Positions 25,978-36,234 of a stretch of DNA of 54,830 nt are shown here, piece after piece. Position 1 is the first letter of the stretch. Each line of letters opens with the position of its first letter. The DNA comes from Candidatus Woesebacteria bacterium GW2011_GWB1_33_22 (GTDB lineage: Bacteria > Patescibacteriota > Microgenomatia > UBA8517). The notes below the pieces were generated by a model. That model did not search any database, had not been told where the DNA came from, and saw only the letters and a list, made by a program, of their open reading frames with translations. The stretch is taken from positions 1 through 54,830 of the forward strand of contig LBOW01000011.1 in NCBI GenBank assembly GCA_000989765.1, in the 5' to 3' direction. The position numbers and the translations under genes are program-made.

Positions 25978-27103
25978 ACTCGTGTCGCTAGTATACTTTC
26001 TATCCTCAAATGGTACAACGCCCTTTGATTATTTTACTAGACTTGCAGAAGCTTTTATACACGGAGGACTATATATCACAAATCCCCCCTCCTGGCTTAC
26101 AGAGCTGATTCCTATTCAAAATAATAGTTTCTTTGTAGTATACCCACCAATGCCTGCAATTTTATTAGTACCCATACAATTGTTATGGAAGAATTTTCCA
26201 CAGCAGTACTTGGCCCATATTCTTGGGGCATTAATAGCCATTATTTTTACCAAAATCGCTAAAAAATTTAATTCCAACAAAAGTTTTATTATATGGATAT
26301 TCCTGTTTGTAAGTTTAGGAAATATTATTTGGTACATGGCTTCAACCGGATCAGTTTGGTATTTAGGTCAGATCACAGCATCTTTTTTTATGTCTTTGGC
26401 AATTTATGAATCTGTCTCTAAAAAGAGACCTTGGCATATCGGAGTTTTTTTGGGTGCAATGTATTTATCAAGAATTAATACAATTGTGGCATTACCGTTT
26501 TTTTTGCATGTTCTGTACAACAAGAATTGGTTCAAAAATTATATAAAACTAGGGTTTGGACTTTTACCTTTTATTTTGTTTAATTTTATGTATAACTACT
26601 TAAGATTTGGAACAATCTTTGATACGGCTTACTTTTTATTACCTAAGATACTGAGTGAAGAAACAAAACCTTGGTTTGCAAATGGTGTTGCTAATATTGT
26701 TTACATACCAAATAACCTAAAGGCTATGTTTTGGACCTTTCCGAAAATTTTGTCTCATTTTCCATATATTCAGCCATCATGGGCTGGACTTGCTATATGG
26801 ATTACAACACCTGCTTTTATTTATGCATTTTTTGCTAAGTTTAAGGAAAAAGTTAATAGATTTATCTGGATATCTATATTGTTAGTTTTTCTAATAGTTG
26901 CTTCTCATGGTGGAACAGGTTGGTCTCAATTTGGATATCGTTTTGCTGTAGATTTTTATCCGCTATTATTCCTTTTGACAATTAAGGGTATTGTTAATAT
27001 GAATGGGCCAAAATGGCATCACTGGATGTTGCTCTTTTTTTCTATTATAGTTAATCTTTGGGGAGTTTTATGGATAAATAAATTTGGCTGGGTCAGTTTT
27101 TAA
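25940..27103 (+). CDS. GT-C-fold membrane glycosyltransferase (ArnT/PMT-like)
   Basis: Polytopic protein. The ATG at 25940 gives a clean N-terminal TM; the track start 25883 lies deeper inside the divergent gene. Confidence 0.5.
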   Translation: MFGKNKNLLILFILVSLVYFLSSNGTTPFDYFTRLAEAFIHGGLYITNPPSWLTELIPIQNNSFFVVYPPMPAILLVPIQLLWKNFPQQYLAHILGALIAIIFTKIAKKFNSNKSFIIWIFLFVSLGNIIWYMASTGSVWYLGQITASFFMSLAIYESVSKKRPWHIGVFLGAMYLSRINTIVALPFFLHVLYNKNWFKNYIKLGFGLLPFILFNFMYNYLRFGTIFDTAYFLLPKILSEETKPWFANGVANIVYIPNNLKAMFWTFPKILSHFPYIQPSWAGLAIWITTPAFIYAFFAKFKEKVNRFIWISILLVFLIVASHGGTGWSQFGYRFAVDFYPLLFLLTIKGIVNMNGPKWHHWMLLFFSIIVNLWGVLWINKFGWVSF

Positions 27104-29058
27104 ATAACTTTGAAAAGCAAGATATTTTTGTTGTCATATACTTTTATTAAAGTCTTAGACTTTTTAAGTAATTCACAAGAATTGGAAAATTCTCGTCTTT
27201 CTTCATTTCCACAATAAATATAATCAACTTTATATTTATTTAAAACATCTTGGTACATGTCATGATTATCTCCATTTTTATAAACATTTCTTATATCGTC
27301 TAATCGAGTAAAAACATTATCAACTCCCACATTATAACCATGAGAGTGGGGCCAATTTATATATGACAAAACCCTAAGTCTCCCGCCGATTTCAGATATT
27401 GGAGAATGTAAATTAGCAAGATCAATAAACACGGATTTTTGCTTAGTATTTTCTCTTATCCAATATCCTACATCTAAATCGCTTTGTGTGTAGGCCATAG
27501 TCTTATTTAAATAACTATTTGCAAGATTTGTTAATGAAGTAGGAACGGTTAAAAGTAATAAAAATACTGATACCACAACGGCAACAATTTTATTTTTAAT
27601 TAATTTATATATAAACCAAAAACTAATTATACTTACAAATATTTCAACGAAATAATAAAACTTCAACATATCATATTTCATAATTGTGAATCTAAAGACT
27701 AATGGTATTACAGCAAGTATTGATCCAATTAAATACATGGGGGCTATTCTTGCCCACTCTTTTTTTGATATTCTCTTTTTTATAAATAATATAGGGATTG
27801 ATATAACAAATAAAACTATCGGCAATCCCAGGTTAGATATCAAAAAAGACAAATACCAAATTAATGATTTATTCTCTTCCCATGGCACAAGTTTAAAATT
27901 ATTTAAAACTACATTTATTAGCGAACTATTGTTTATTGTTGAAGTTGAAGTAAATAATAAAACAAAACAAATCGGAGCAATTAAAAATAATAAACTTGTT
28001 TTTACTAGTTTTTTAATTCCATAAATTTTTAATTTCATAATCGACAAAATAATAAATATAAAAATTGATATTAGAAACGCAAAGAATTGAAACTTTACAA
28101 GCATTGCAGTTATTACGCCAGAAAGAAATATAAATTTATAATCTTTTTTTTCTAAAGCATAACGTACTAGTACAAAGACAACTATTACTGCCGGTAATCC
28201 AACCATCATTGGTCTGTTTTGTAAAAAATAATCAGCCATTGGACTAATTTGAAAAAACTTTCCAAATTCTATGGCATAACTATTGTTGGTTAGTAATTCT
28301 GATGCTCTTGTAAATATGTTTGCATTATTTGATTTGATAAAATCTTTAATAAAATTTATATACATAAAACTTCCATAAAACGTTGATGTGAGGGCTGAAA
28401 ATATTGCTATGATTTTTCTCCTGGTAATCTCAAATGTCAGCAAATATACAGATAGGAAAAAAAGGGTGACAAATAAAGGATTGTCGTACACAATTACTCT
28501 GGGAAAAAAATGACCATACAATGTTTCAATTATTGAAGAGTGAAAATCGGTGAAGTAGTAATAATTAAGTGGAACTCCTGAAAAATATGGAGCTTGGGGT
28601 GGAAAATTTCCTTGACTAATTGTTTCGATTATTCCAGCATGCATTGCTGTATCTTGCCAATTAGATGATGACATTACTATAAAACCATTGTGTAAAGTAA
28701 AAATTCCAGGATAAAGCGAAACTAGATAAATTAAATATACTAAAATTGAGAATATAAAAGCATATTTATGAATCTTAATAGTTTTAAATAACTCTTTAAT
28801 AGTTTTTGTAAAGTTAATGAAAATCCAGGGAATAAAAAAACTAAACAAGACAATTATTGAGTATCGAGAAAACCCTATAAATAAACTTACAAAATAAACC
28901 AAATATGCAGAGATCATTACACTTAAAATAAAATAAAGGGGCAACTTAAAACGTTTGGGTATTTGGGGAAAAAATGTTTCAACTATATATAACCCTGGTA
29001 TCAAAAATGTAAATAGAAATCCAATTACAAGTAGTATTGGATCTACAATTTCAGTCAT
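27100..29058 (-). CDS. Large polytopic membrane protein, GT-C-like (YYY-motif / DUF2298-like)
   Basis: SQGNFPPQAPYFSGVPLNYYYF loop motif. 652 aa with a C-terminal soluble domain. Confidence 0.45.
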   Translation of the reverse strand: MTEIVDPILLVIGFLFTFLIPGLYIVETFFPQIPKRFKLPLYFILSVMISAYLVYFVSLFIGFSRYSIIVLFSFFIPWIFINFTKTIKELFKTIKIHKYAFIFSILVYLIYLVSLYPGIFTLHNGFIVMSSSNWQDTAMHAGIIETISQGNFPPQAPYFSGVPLNYYYFTDFHSSIIETLYGHFFPRVIVYDNPLFVTLFFLSVYLLTFEITRRKIIAIFSALTSTFYGSFMYINFIKDFIKSNNANIFTRASELLTNNSYAIEFGKFFQISPMADYFLQNRPMMVGLPAVIVVFVLVRYALEKKDYKFIFLSGVITAMLVKFQFFAFLISIFIFIILSIMKLKIYGIKKLVKTSLLFLIAPICFVLLFTSTSTINNSSLINVVLNNFKLVPWEENKSLIWYLSFLISNLGLPIVLFVISIPILFIKKRISKKEWARIAPMYLIGSILAVIPLVFRFTIMKYDMLKFYYFVEIFVSIISFWFIYKLIKNKIVAVVVSVFLLLLTVPTSLTNLANSYLNKTMAYTQSDLDVGYWIRENTKQKSVFIDLANLHSPISEIGGRLRVLSYINWPHSHGYNVGVDNVFTRLDDIRNVYKNGDNHDMYQDVLNKYKVDYIYCGNEERREFSNSCELLKKSKTLIKVYDNKNILLFKVI

Positions 29059-29060
29059 CG

Positions 29061-29978
29061 TTAAATATTAGATTTAAACCACTCTTGAAATTTTTCCCAG
29101 GTACCGGTTTCTGGCAAAAAAACATATTGGAAATCTTGATTTTTATCGTTTTGAGAGATCTTTATAAATTCATCAGGAATTGATAAAAAACTAATGTTAT
29201 TTCTTGCTTTAAAAATAAGCCTTGCTACTTTTATAAATGTTTTACCATCAATATTTGTTTCTAAATGGGATATTGTAATATCATATAGATTCTTTAGAAC
29301 TTTTGGATTTGACAAAACATCGGATGACAGAAGTTTTGTTTTTAAAGCTTCAATCACTTTTTGTTGCCTTGCTTCTCTAGCTATATCTGTCCCCTCATCG
29401 TTAGTAGCATTTCTGCTTCTTACAAACTTTAAGGCAGTTTCTCCATCCATATTTTGTTTACCTTGAGCGAAACGAAGGGTTTCATATCTACATTTGTATA
29501 ATTTATCTCCATCACACAAATCATTTTCCCTGCCCTCTATCGGATATTTTTCATCAGTAAATGAATTGCCAACATCAACATTAATTCCTCCAACAGTATC
29601 AACTAAATCTTTAAACAAAGAAAAATCAACAACTACATAATAATTGGGTGTTATACCAGTAACACTAGATACACTGGATGAGGCAAGATCAAAACGTCCG
29701 TAATGATAGGCGGTGTTTAATTTAGCACGAATAGCTGGAATCCAGATGTCTCGAGGTAAAGAAAGAATACTAATTTTACTAACATTTGGATTTAAATTAA
29801 CTAGCATTATCGTATCTGTTAAATCTGGAGCAATATGACCCTCACCGCCTTTACCGAGAACCAAAATTGATACCTCAGTATCAATTTTAGGGAATAGCGT
29901 ACAGGTTATAGCGATTAGAAAAATAGACAAAACAACTAAACCGCCAAAAAACAACAAAACAATTTTAATTACTCGCAT
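29061..29978 (-). CDS. LytR-CpsA-Psr (LCP) family glycopolymer ligase
   Basis: N-terminal TM, then LVLGKGGEGHIAPDLTDTIMLVNL, SLPRDIW and YYVVVDFSLFKDLVDTVGGINV. Confidence 0.8.
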   Translation of the reverse strand: MRVIKIVLLFFGGLVVLSIFLIAITCTLFPKIDTEVSILVLGKGGEGHIAPDLTDTIMLVNLNPNVSKISILSLPRDIWIPAIRAKLNTAYHYGRFDLASSSVSSVTGITPNYYVVVDFSLFKDLVDTVGGINVDVGNSFTDEKYPIEGRENDLCDGDKLYKCRYETLRFAQGKQNMDGETALKFVRSRNATNDEGTDIAREARQQKVIEALKTKLLSSDVLSNPKVLKNLYDITISHLETNIDGKTFIKVARLIFKARNNISFLSIPDEFIKISQNDKNQDFQYVFLPETGTWEKFQEWFKSNI

Positions 29979-29996
29979 GCTACTATTGTAAATAAT

Positions 29997-31737
29997 ATGG
30001 ACGATCTTAACAAGGAACAGCAAGAAGCTGTAACCTACACAAATGGACCACTTTTGGTTTTAGCAGGCGCAGGATCAGGAAAAACAAAAGTATTAACTCA
30101 AAGAGTAGCTCATTTTATTAAAAGTGGTTCTGTAGAAGCAGAAAACTGTTTAGTCCTCACTTTTACCAACAAGGCTGCAAATGAGATGAAACAAAGGATT
30201 GGCAATAGTAACATTGGTTTTGCTGGAACTTTCCATGGATTTTGTGTAAGAGTTTTAAGAATAGATGGGCAAAAAACAGGAATTGATAAAAACTTTTTAA
30301 TCTATGATGAAAATGATCAAAAAGATTTAATTAAAGACATAATCTTGGAAATTGGTATCAAAGATACGATAAAACCCCAAAAATCAAATGCTAGAGCCAA
30401 CAGATCAAACTATTTCTACAATTTATAAAGCGTACGAGAGAAAATTAAAAGAAATTAATGCTTTAGACTTTGATGATCTTCTAATTAAAACTGTTTTACT
30501 TTTTGAAATACCAAAGGTTGTTTCAAAATGGAGAGAAAAAATTAAACAAATATTTATTGATGAGTGGCAGGACACAAATAAAATACAGTATAAATTAATA
30601 AGACTAATAGACGGAAATAGAGGTGTAATTACAGCTGTAGGAGATGCCAGTCAGTCAATTTACTCCTGGAGAGGGGCAGACTATAGAAATATAAACTATC
30701 TAATTGCCGATTACCCAAAAATAAAAGTTATTAATCTGGAACAAAATTACAGAAGTACACAAAATATTTTAGAAGCAGCTAATGCTGTAATTTCTAAAAA
30801 TACGACTCACCCTATTTTAAAATTGTGGACAGAAAAAGATGGCGGAGAAAAGATAACAATTTATCAAGCTAGAAACGGGTTTGATGAAGCTGATTTCGTA
30901 GTAAATAAAATCAAATCGTTAGGTAATTTTAATAATATTGCAATTCTATATAGAACTAATGCCCAGTCTCGTGTACTCGAAGAGGCACTGCTTCATGCAG
31001 GAATACCTTATTCATTAATTGGAGGGACTAGATTTTATGATAGAAAAGAAATAAAAGACATACTTTCATACTTAAGGCTTTTAGTTAATCGCAAAGATTC
31101 AGTCTCCAAAAAAAGAGTGTTAGCCTTAGGCAAGAGAAGGTATGAGAAATTTGAGGAACTAATTATAGATATTGAAAAATTTAGAACTCTAGAAATAATG
31201 GATGCAGTTCTGTCAAAAACTGAGTATTTAACAAAATTTAAAGAGGGCGATCCAGAAGATGCAGAGCGGCTTGAAAACATTAAAGAACTTCATTCTGTTG
31301 CAATAGAATTTCCAAATTTAATAGAATTTTTGGAACAAGTCTCTTTAGTTGAGGCGGGGCCAATTCACGAAACAAAGAATACAATTACACTCATGACACT
31401 TCACGCAGCCAAGGGACTGGAATTCTCAGTTGTTTTTATTGTTGGAATGGAAGAAGGAATATTTCCTCACTCAAGATCTCTCTGGGAAAAAGAGCAACTG
31501 GAAGAAGAAAGAAGGCTTATGTACGTAGGAATAACAAGGGCCAAAGAAATATTGATTTTATGTTACGCAAGTAAACGTCTCTTCTATGGAGAGAAGTCAA
31601 GTAATGCACCCTCAAGATTTTTGTCAGATATCCCTGAAAATTTACTAAATGGAATCGTTGAAAAAATATTTGAAGATACGCAAATTAATGATGACGACTT
31701 AAACTTTGACAATATATTGGATAAATACTTAAAATAA
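29997..31737 (+). pseudogene. UvrD/PcrA-type helicase split into two ORFs (29997..30428, 30388..31737) by a 1-nt frame change
   Basis: AGAGSGKT and TFTNKAA lie in ORF 1. DFDDLL, DEWQDTN, QNYRS and VGITRAK lie in ORF 2. The frames meet at the aaaaccccaaaaa tract (30371..30383). Confidence 0.75.
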
Positions 31738-31740
31738 ATC

Positions 31741-32673
31741 ATGACACATCCACTACAAACAAAAGAATGGGCTGAATTTAGAAAAGAGTGGGGAAATGAA
31801 GTTGAATTTATAGATAATAACTTAATTATTTTCTCTAAAATACCCTATACTAATTTTACAATCGGTACTTGTTTAAAAGGAAATGATATTGCAAGGTCAG
31901 ACCTTACAATAGCTCGAAAAATAGGGCAAAACAAAAATGCTATATTTATAAAATATGAGCCAAACACTCAAAAAAGTGATATACACGCATGCGCGTCAAT
32001 AATTCAGTCATACATTAAATCAGGATTGGTCAAGGGAAAAACTTTATTTACGCCAACAACTTTCTGGATTGACCTTACAAAATCTGAGGAAGGACTCCTA
32101 AAATCTTTTTCAAGTAAAACAAGATATAACATAAGATTGGCCCTGAAACATGGGGTTAAAGTAAAAATAGACAATTCAGATGAAGCCTTTGAAAAGTATT
32201 TAGAATTAACTTTTGAAACAGCTAAGAGGCAGGGATTCTATGCACACACAGAAAAGTATCACAGATTGATGTGGAGACACTTGAATCAAAAGCTAATAGC
32301 TAATAGTCAACAGCCAATTGCCACTTTGCTGACAGCTACATACAAAGGCGAAATTATTTCTACCTGGATACTCTTTGCTCACGACGGATTTTTATATTAT
32401 CCATACGGAGCATCAACTGATAAATACAAGGGGGTAATGGCCAATAACTTAATGATGTGGGAGGCAATTAAATTTGGTAAAAAGTTAGGTCTAGCAACTT
32501 TTGATCTTTGGGGGAGAGAAGAGGGTAAAGGATTTACAAAGTTTAAGGAAGGCTATAATCCTAAAGTTGTTGAGTTTATAGGAAGTTGGGATTTAATTAT
32601 CAATAAACCCCTGTATTACTCATATAAGATTGCAGAGAAAATCAGATGGTTTATACTTCGTCTTATAAAATGA
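31741..32673 (+). CDS. FemAB-family peptidyltransferase (FemX-like)
   Basis: 310 aa. LQTKEWAEFRKEWG N-terminus and a GNAT-like C-terminal half typical of FemAB proteins. Confidence 0.65.
   Translation: MTHPLQTKEWAEFRKEWGNEVEFIDNNLIIFSKIPYTNFTIGTCLKGNDIARSDLTIARKIGQNKNAIFIKYEPNTQKSDIHACASIIQSYIKSGLVKGKTLFTPTTFWIDLTKSEEGLLKSFSSKTRYNIRLALKHGVKVKIDNSDEAFEKYLELTFETAKRQGFYAHTEKYHRLMWRHLNQKLIANSQQPIATLLTATYKGEIISTWILFAHDGFLYYPYGASTDKYKGVMANNLMMWEAIKFGKKLGLATFDLWGREEGKGFTKFKEGYNPKVVEFIGSWDLIINKPLYYSYKIAEKIRWFILRLIK
32291..32325. repeat. Degenerate heptamer array (same family as the grpE array)
   Basis: agctaat agctaat agtcaac agccaat tgccact. Encodes [10 protein letters not shown]. Confidence 0.85.
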
Positions 32674-33509
32674 CTGACATTCGGCAATCATTAAATTATG
32701 CTAAATATTTGAAATCCCAGGGCTGGATAGTTGAAAGAATCAAAAACACTAACTATTTTATTAAAAAATTGCCATTTTTAGGCTCAGTGTTAAAAATTCA
32801 GAGGCCAAGACAACTAGACATTTATACAACTAGACAACTCGAAAAAAAATATAAAGTTTTTCAAACAATTATTGAACCCGATTTAGCCTCCGTCGTCAAT
32901 TCCTTTTCTTACGTACATAATAAAATGTTAGCATATGGTTTTAAATTGTCAAAGAGTCCGTATTTGCCGTCAAAAACTCTGCATCTTGACCTTACTAAAC
33001 CTATTATTTTTAATAAAGAAACAAGAAGATGCATAAAAATAGGGAAGCGAGCAAAAATTACCGAGTATTCTACCCCAAAAGAAATAGAAAAATTTCATAA
33101 TGTTTGGAAAAAATCTGTAAATTTTCATCGCTTTGTACCAAGCCTTCAAAGTTTAATAAACTTGAAAAAAAGCTTCCCGAACAATAACTCAATTTTCCTT
33201 GCGTCGCACAATAAATTTAGCAATATTATAGGGGGAGCGATTTTCACGCGCAGTTCACACGATTTCGGGTATTACTGGTATGGATTTACCAACAAAGAAG
33301 GTCGCACTTCCCTCTCCCAATACTCTCTCCTCTGTTCTGGAATACTATGGGCTAAAAAGCAGGGATGTAAAATTTTTGACTTTGAAGGCATATATGATGA
33401 AAGGGTTCCAAATAAAAGCTGGCTTGGCTTTACCCATTTTAAAAAATCCTTTGGTGGCCGTGAAGTCCTCTACCCAGGATGCTACACAAAATTACGATTA
33501 CCTATTTAA
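32670..33509 (+). CDS. Second FemAB/GNAT-like protein
   Basis: ATGA overlap with the upstream gene. Similar size and C-terminal pattern (FDFEGIYDERVP..W.GFTHFKKSFGG). Confidence 0.5.
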   Translation: MTDIRQSLNYAKYLKSQGWIVERIKNTNYFIKKLPFLGSVLKIQRPRQLDIYTTRQLEKKYKVFQTIIEPDLASVVNSFSYVHNKMLAYGFKLSKSPYLPSKTLHLDLTKPIIFNKETRRCIKIGKRAKITEYSTPKEIEKFHNVWKKSVNFHRFVPSLQSLINLKKSFPNNNSIFLASHNKFSNIIGGAIFTRSSHDFGYYWYGFTNKEGRTSLSQYSLLCSGILWAKKQGCKIFDFEGIYDERVPNKSWLGFTHFKKSFGGREVLYPGCYTKLRLPI

Positions 33510-34295
33510 ATAATATTTTCCACCACTTTCGGTAACAAATCCTTTGATACCCATTATTGATAGAGTTGACCCGATTTCAACAACACTCTCACCAATTTTA
33601 ACTGCAATTTCATCAATCTCCATCGGTTCTGTTTCGAGAGCTTTAAATATTTTGTTTTCCATATTATTCATGTTTTGTGGAATTTGTATTTCCCTATCCG
33701 CTTTTACCTGTACCCTATTACCTAGAATGTCCTTGACATTCAATGCCATAATTGCATCCCCCGATTTTATTAGTTCATTACAGCCTACCGATACTTTGGA
33801 ATTAATTGGCCCCGGAACTGCATAAACTTTTTTATCCATTTTCTTGGCTAATTTAGCTGTTATTAATGATCCACTATTTTCTCCTGCCTCAATAACTAAA
33901 ACTCCAAGTGAAGAAAGTCCTGCAACTATTTTATTTCTTTGAGGAAACTTCCAAAGATGGGGTTTTGCCGAGTCTTCATATTCTGACACAATTGATCCAC
34001 CTGACTCAATAATTTGATCATAAATTTTTGTGTTTTCAGGAGGATAGATTACATCTAGACCACAACCAAAGACTGCGATGTGGCAACCTCCATACTCAAT
34101 AGTCTTTTCTGCAACTTCTGTATCCACTCCATACATAAAACCTGAGATTGTAGTTATTCCGTTGGCAACAAAGTCACTCACAAATTTATCAACTACTTCC
34201 CTACCATATCTAGTCATCTGTCGGCTACCAACAATAGCAATAGATTTTTTATTTATTTTGTAGGGATCAACCCCCCTAAAATGTAAGGTTTTCAT
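33498..34295 (-). CDS. dprA: DNA processing protein DprA
   Basis: IAIVGSRQMTRYG, SGFMYGVD, VFGCGLDVIYPPEN, FPQRNKIVAGLS and VIEAGENSGSLITA. Confidence 0.9.
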   Translation of the reverse strand: MKTLHFRGVDPYKINKKSIAIVGSRQMTRYGREVVDKFVSDFVANGITTISGFMYGVDTEVAEKTIEYGGCHIAVFGCGLDVIYPPENTKIYDQIIESGGSIVSEYEDSAKPHLWKFPQRNKIVAGLSSLGVLVIEAGENSGSLITAKLAKKMDKKVYAVPGPINSKVSVGCNELIKSGDAIMALNVKDILGNRVQVKADREIQIPQNMNNMENKIFKALETEPMEIDEIAVKIGESVVEIGSTLSIMGIKGFVTESGGKYYLNR

Positions 34296-34653
34296 AATGT
34301 GTTATTCTTCCTGTTACTTCAACTATACACACAGCATCTATTCTGTAACTTTCAAACTTTTCTGCAATATCAGGATTATTTAATAAATACATTTCTGCAG
34401 TTTTTCTAACTTGCGCTAATTTATTTTTCCCTATCATTTCCTCTGGAGTTCCATAGTCCTCAGTTGTTTTTAATTTTACTTCTACAAATACCAAAATGGC
34501 TTGCCCTGAGCTTGTCGAATGGGTTACAATTAAATCTAACTCTCCCCATTTGGTTGAATTGTTTTGATCCAGTATCTGATAGCCTTTATTTCTAAGTAAT
34601 TCAGCAGCCATCTCCTCCCCCTGTTTTCCAATTAGCCTATTTAATTGCTTCAT
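34276..34653 (-). CDS. yraN: YraN-family (UPF0102) endonuclease-like protein
   Basis: GKQGEEMAAELLRNKGYQIL ... GELDLIV ... VFVEVK. Confidence 0.75.
   Translation of the reverse strand: MKQLNRLIGKQGEEMAAELLRNKGYQILDQNNSTKWGELDLIVTHSTSSGQAILVFVEVKLKTTEDYGTPEEMIGKNKLAQVRKTAEMYLLNNPDIAEKFESYRIDAVCIVEVTGRITHYENLTF
34500..34519. repeat. GC-rich 20-mer, copy 1 (inverted partner 50582..50601)
   Basis: cttgccctgagcttgtcgaa is the exact reverse complement of 50582..50601. Confidence 0.95.
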
Positions 34654-34657
34654 AAAA

Positions 34658-35317
34658 TCAATAATTTATTACTGTTTTAATTCTATCTACATAAACTAGA
34701 GTATTGGAATTGTTAAATTCTTTCATCTCATCAAAGGATGCAAAAATATTTTTTAATTTTTTTATTTGTTGTTTATTTAACCAAATATTTTCCCCATATT
34801 TAGTCTTTTTTCTAAAACCTCCTTTTATATTGTCCACTTTGTAAACCCAAAAATATTCATCTTCTAACGATGTTTTTTCTTTATCTAATCGAATATAGTG
34901 AGCAATCCCTTTTAATGTAAAATCTCCGTCTAAACCAGTCTCTTTTTTCAAAACTCTCTCTGATGTTTTAATTGGGTTTTCGCCAAACAATACTTTACCA
35001 GAGATAGAACCATACCAGTTTTTAAACGGCTCTTTTCCTCGTCGATGGATCAAGTATTCTTTCTTGCCATTTTTAGTACGAATACAATGTATAGCAACTC
35101 CTATCTTCGCCTGTTTTTCCGCCCTATTTATAAATTCTTTTCCCTTGCTAGTAAGTGAATATTTTAAGTCATCTTTTGAAATGAATTTATTTGTAACCAA
35201 CCTTTTTAAATGAAAATTAAAGCGATCACTTGTTATGTTGTAAATATTTAACTCACTAAAACTTGCGCGTGTTTTAAACTGAAGTGACTTAAGAATAAAA
35301 GATTGAGTTCTGTGCAT
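34658..35317 (-). CDS. NUDIX-domain protein with N-terminal wHTH
   Basis: Nudix-box-like GKVLFGENPIKTSERVLKKETGL. N-terminal HTH-like region of about 70 aa. Confidence 0.6.
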   Translation of the reverse strand: MHRTQSFILKSLQFKTRASFSELNIYNITSDRFNFHLKRLVTNKFISKDDLKYSLTSKGKEFINRAEKQAKIGVAIHCIRTKNGKKEYLIHRRGKEPFKNWYGSISGKVLFGENPIKTSERVLKKETGLDGDFTLKGIAHYIRLDKEKTSLEDEYFWVYKVDNIKGGFRKKTKYGENIWLNKQQIKKLKNIFASFDEMKEFNNSNTLVYVDRIKTVINY

Positions 35318-35409
35318 ATTTGGCTAATTATATACTAGTATTGCGTTCATGCGTATTTAGTTAATTCGACTTCACTAGATTTAATTAGAATCTTAACTCA
35401 CTATAAATT

Positions 35410-36111
35410 ATGGTTGTAAACATATTGGTTGACAAAATCAGTTCTACTTTTGGCATAAACCGAATTGTTTGCTTTCTATATTTCGGATCAAACGCATTTA
35501 AATTAAATGTTAATAATCGTTCAGACTACGATTTTTTATTACTTTTAGACAAATACAATAAAAATGACTTGAGTAAATTAAGGCGAATAGTATCAACTAA
35601 AATGTTTGGTAAAACAGACTTGAATTTAAATATTCTTTATCAAAGAGATATCTTAAAAAGAGGGCTTAATGATTTTCAACTTCGTTCATTGCGTCCCGAT
35701 TTTTATAGTTATCTAGAAACAACCATATGCTTAATTGGAAATAATTTTTTCGAAAGATATCCCTTAATTATCTCAAACAAAAAACTCTGTGAATATGTAG
35801 ATTTTAAAATTCAAGAATATTATGGTCGCTGTGACAAATTATTTTTATTAGAAAAAAGTTCCAAAACCTTAATTGCAAAGATTAAAAAATATACTAACGA
35901 AATGTTAAGAATGTTTTTGGTACGTGAGGGTAAATTAACAATAAGCCAAATCAAAAATACCCTGTACACAGATATTTACAATCAGGCTGTAATTCATAAA
36001 ATTGTATCTAATAATTTTCAATCTCTGATTAGTTCAACTAAATTAGAAAAAATTGAAAGAGCCAGAAGGATTATTTATCAAAAATACTTAGAGAAGTTTA
36101 ATCAAAGTTGA
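35410..36111 (+). CDS. Pol-beta-superfamily nucleotidyltransferase-domain protein
   Basis: YFGSNAFKLNVNNRSDYDFLLL fits hG[GS]-x(9-13)-DhD. The C-terminal half is helical. Confidence 0.5.
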   Translation: MVVNILVDKISSTFGINRIVCFLYFGSNAFKLNVNNRSDYDFLLLLDKYNKNDLSKLRRIVSTKMFGKTDLNLNILYQRDILKRGLNDFQLRSLRPDFYSYLETTICLIGNNFFERYPLIISNKKLCEYVDFKIQEYYGRCDKLFLLEKSSKTLIAKIKKYTNEMLRMFLVREGKLTISQIKNTLYTDIYNQAVIHKIVSNNFQSLISSTKLEKIERARRIIYQKYLEKFNQS

Positions 36112-36159
36112 TTCCACTATTTAATTGCTTCATATTGACAAGTTTAGTATAATATACAT

Positions 36160-36234
36160 TAGTAAACCGAGGACTAAGCGGAACCCATGCGTAAAAGCAG
36201 ATAGTGATGTCGATAACACTCGGTTTCTTTTTTT
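36160..36234 (+). ncRNA. Candidate small structured RNA or long 3' terminator structure
   Basis: TTGCTT-17 nt-TATAAT at 36125..36153. AAACCGAG (36164) pairs with CTCGGTTT (36219), enclosing about 47 nt with an inner hairpin, and is followed by T7. Confidence 0.3.
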
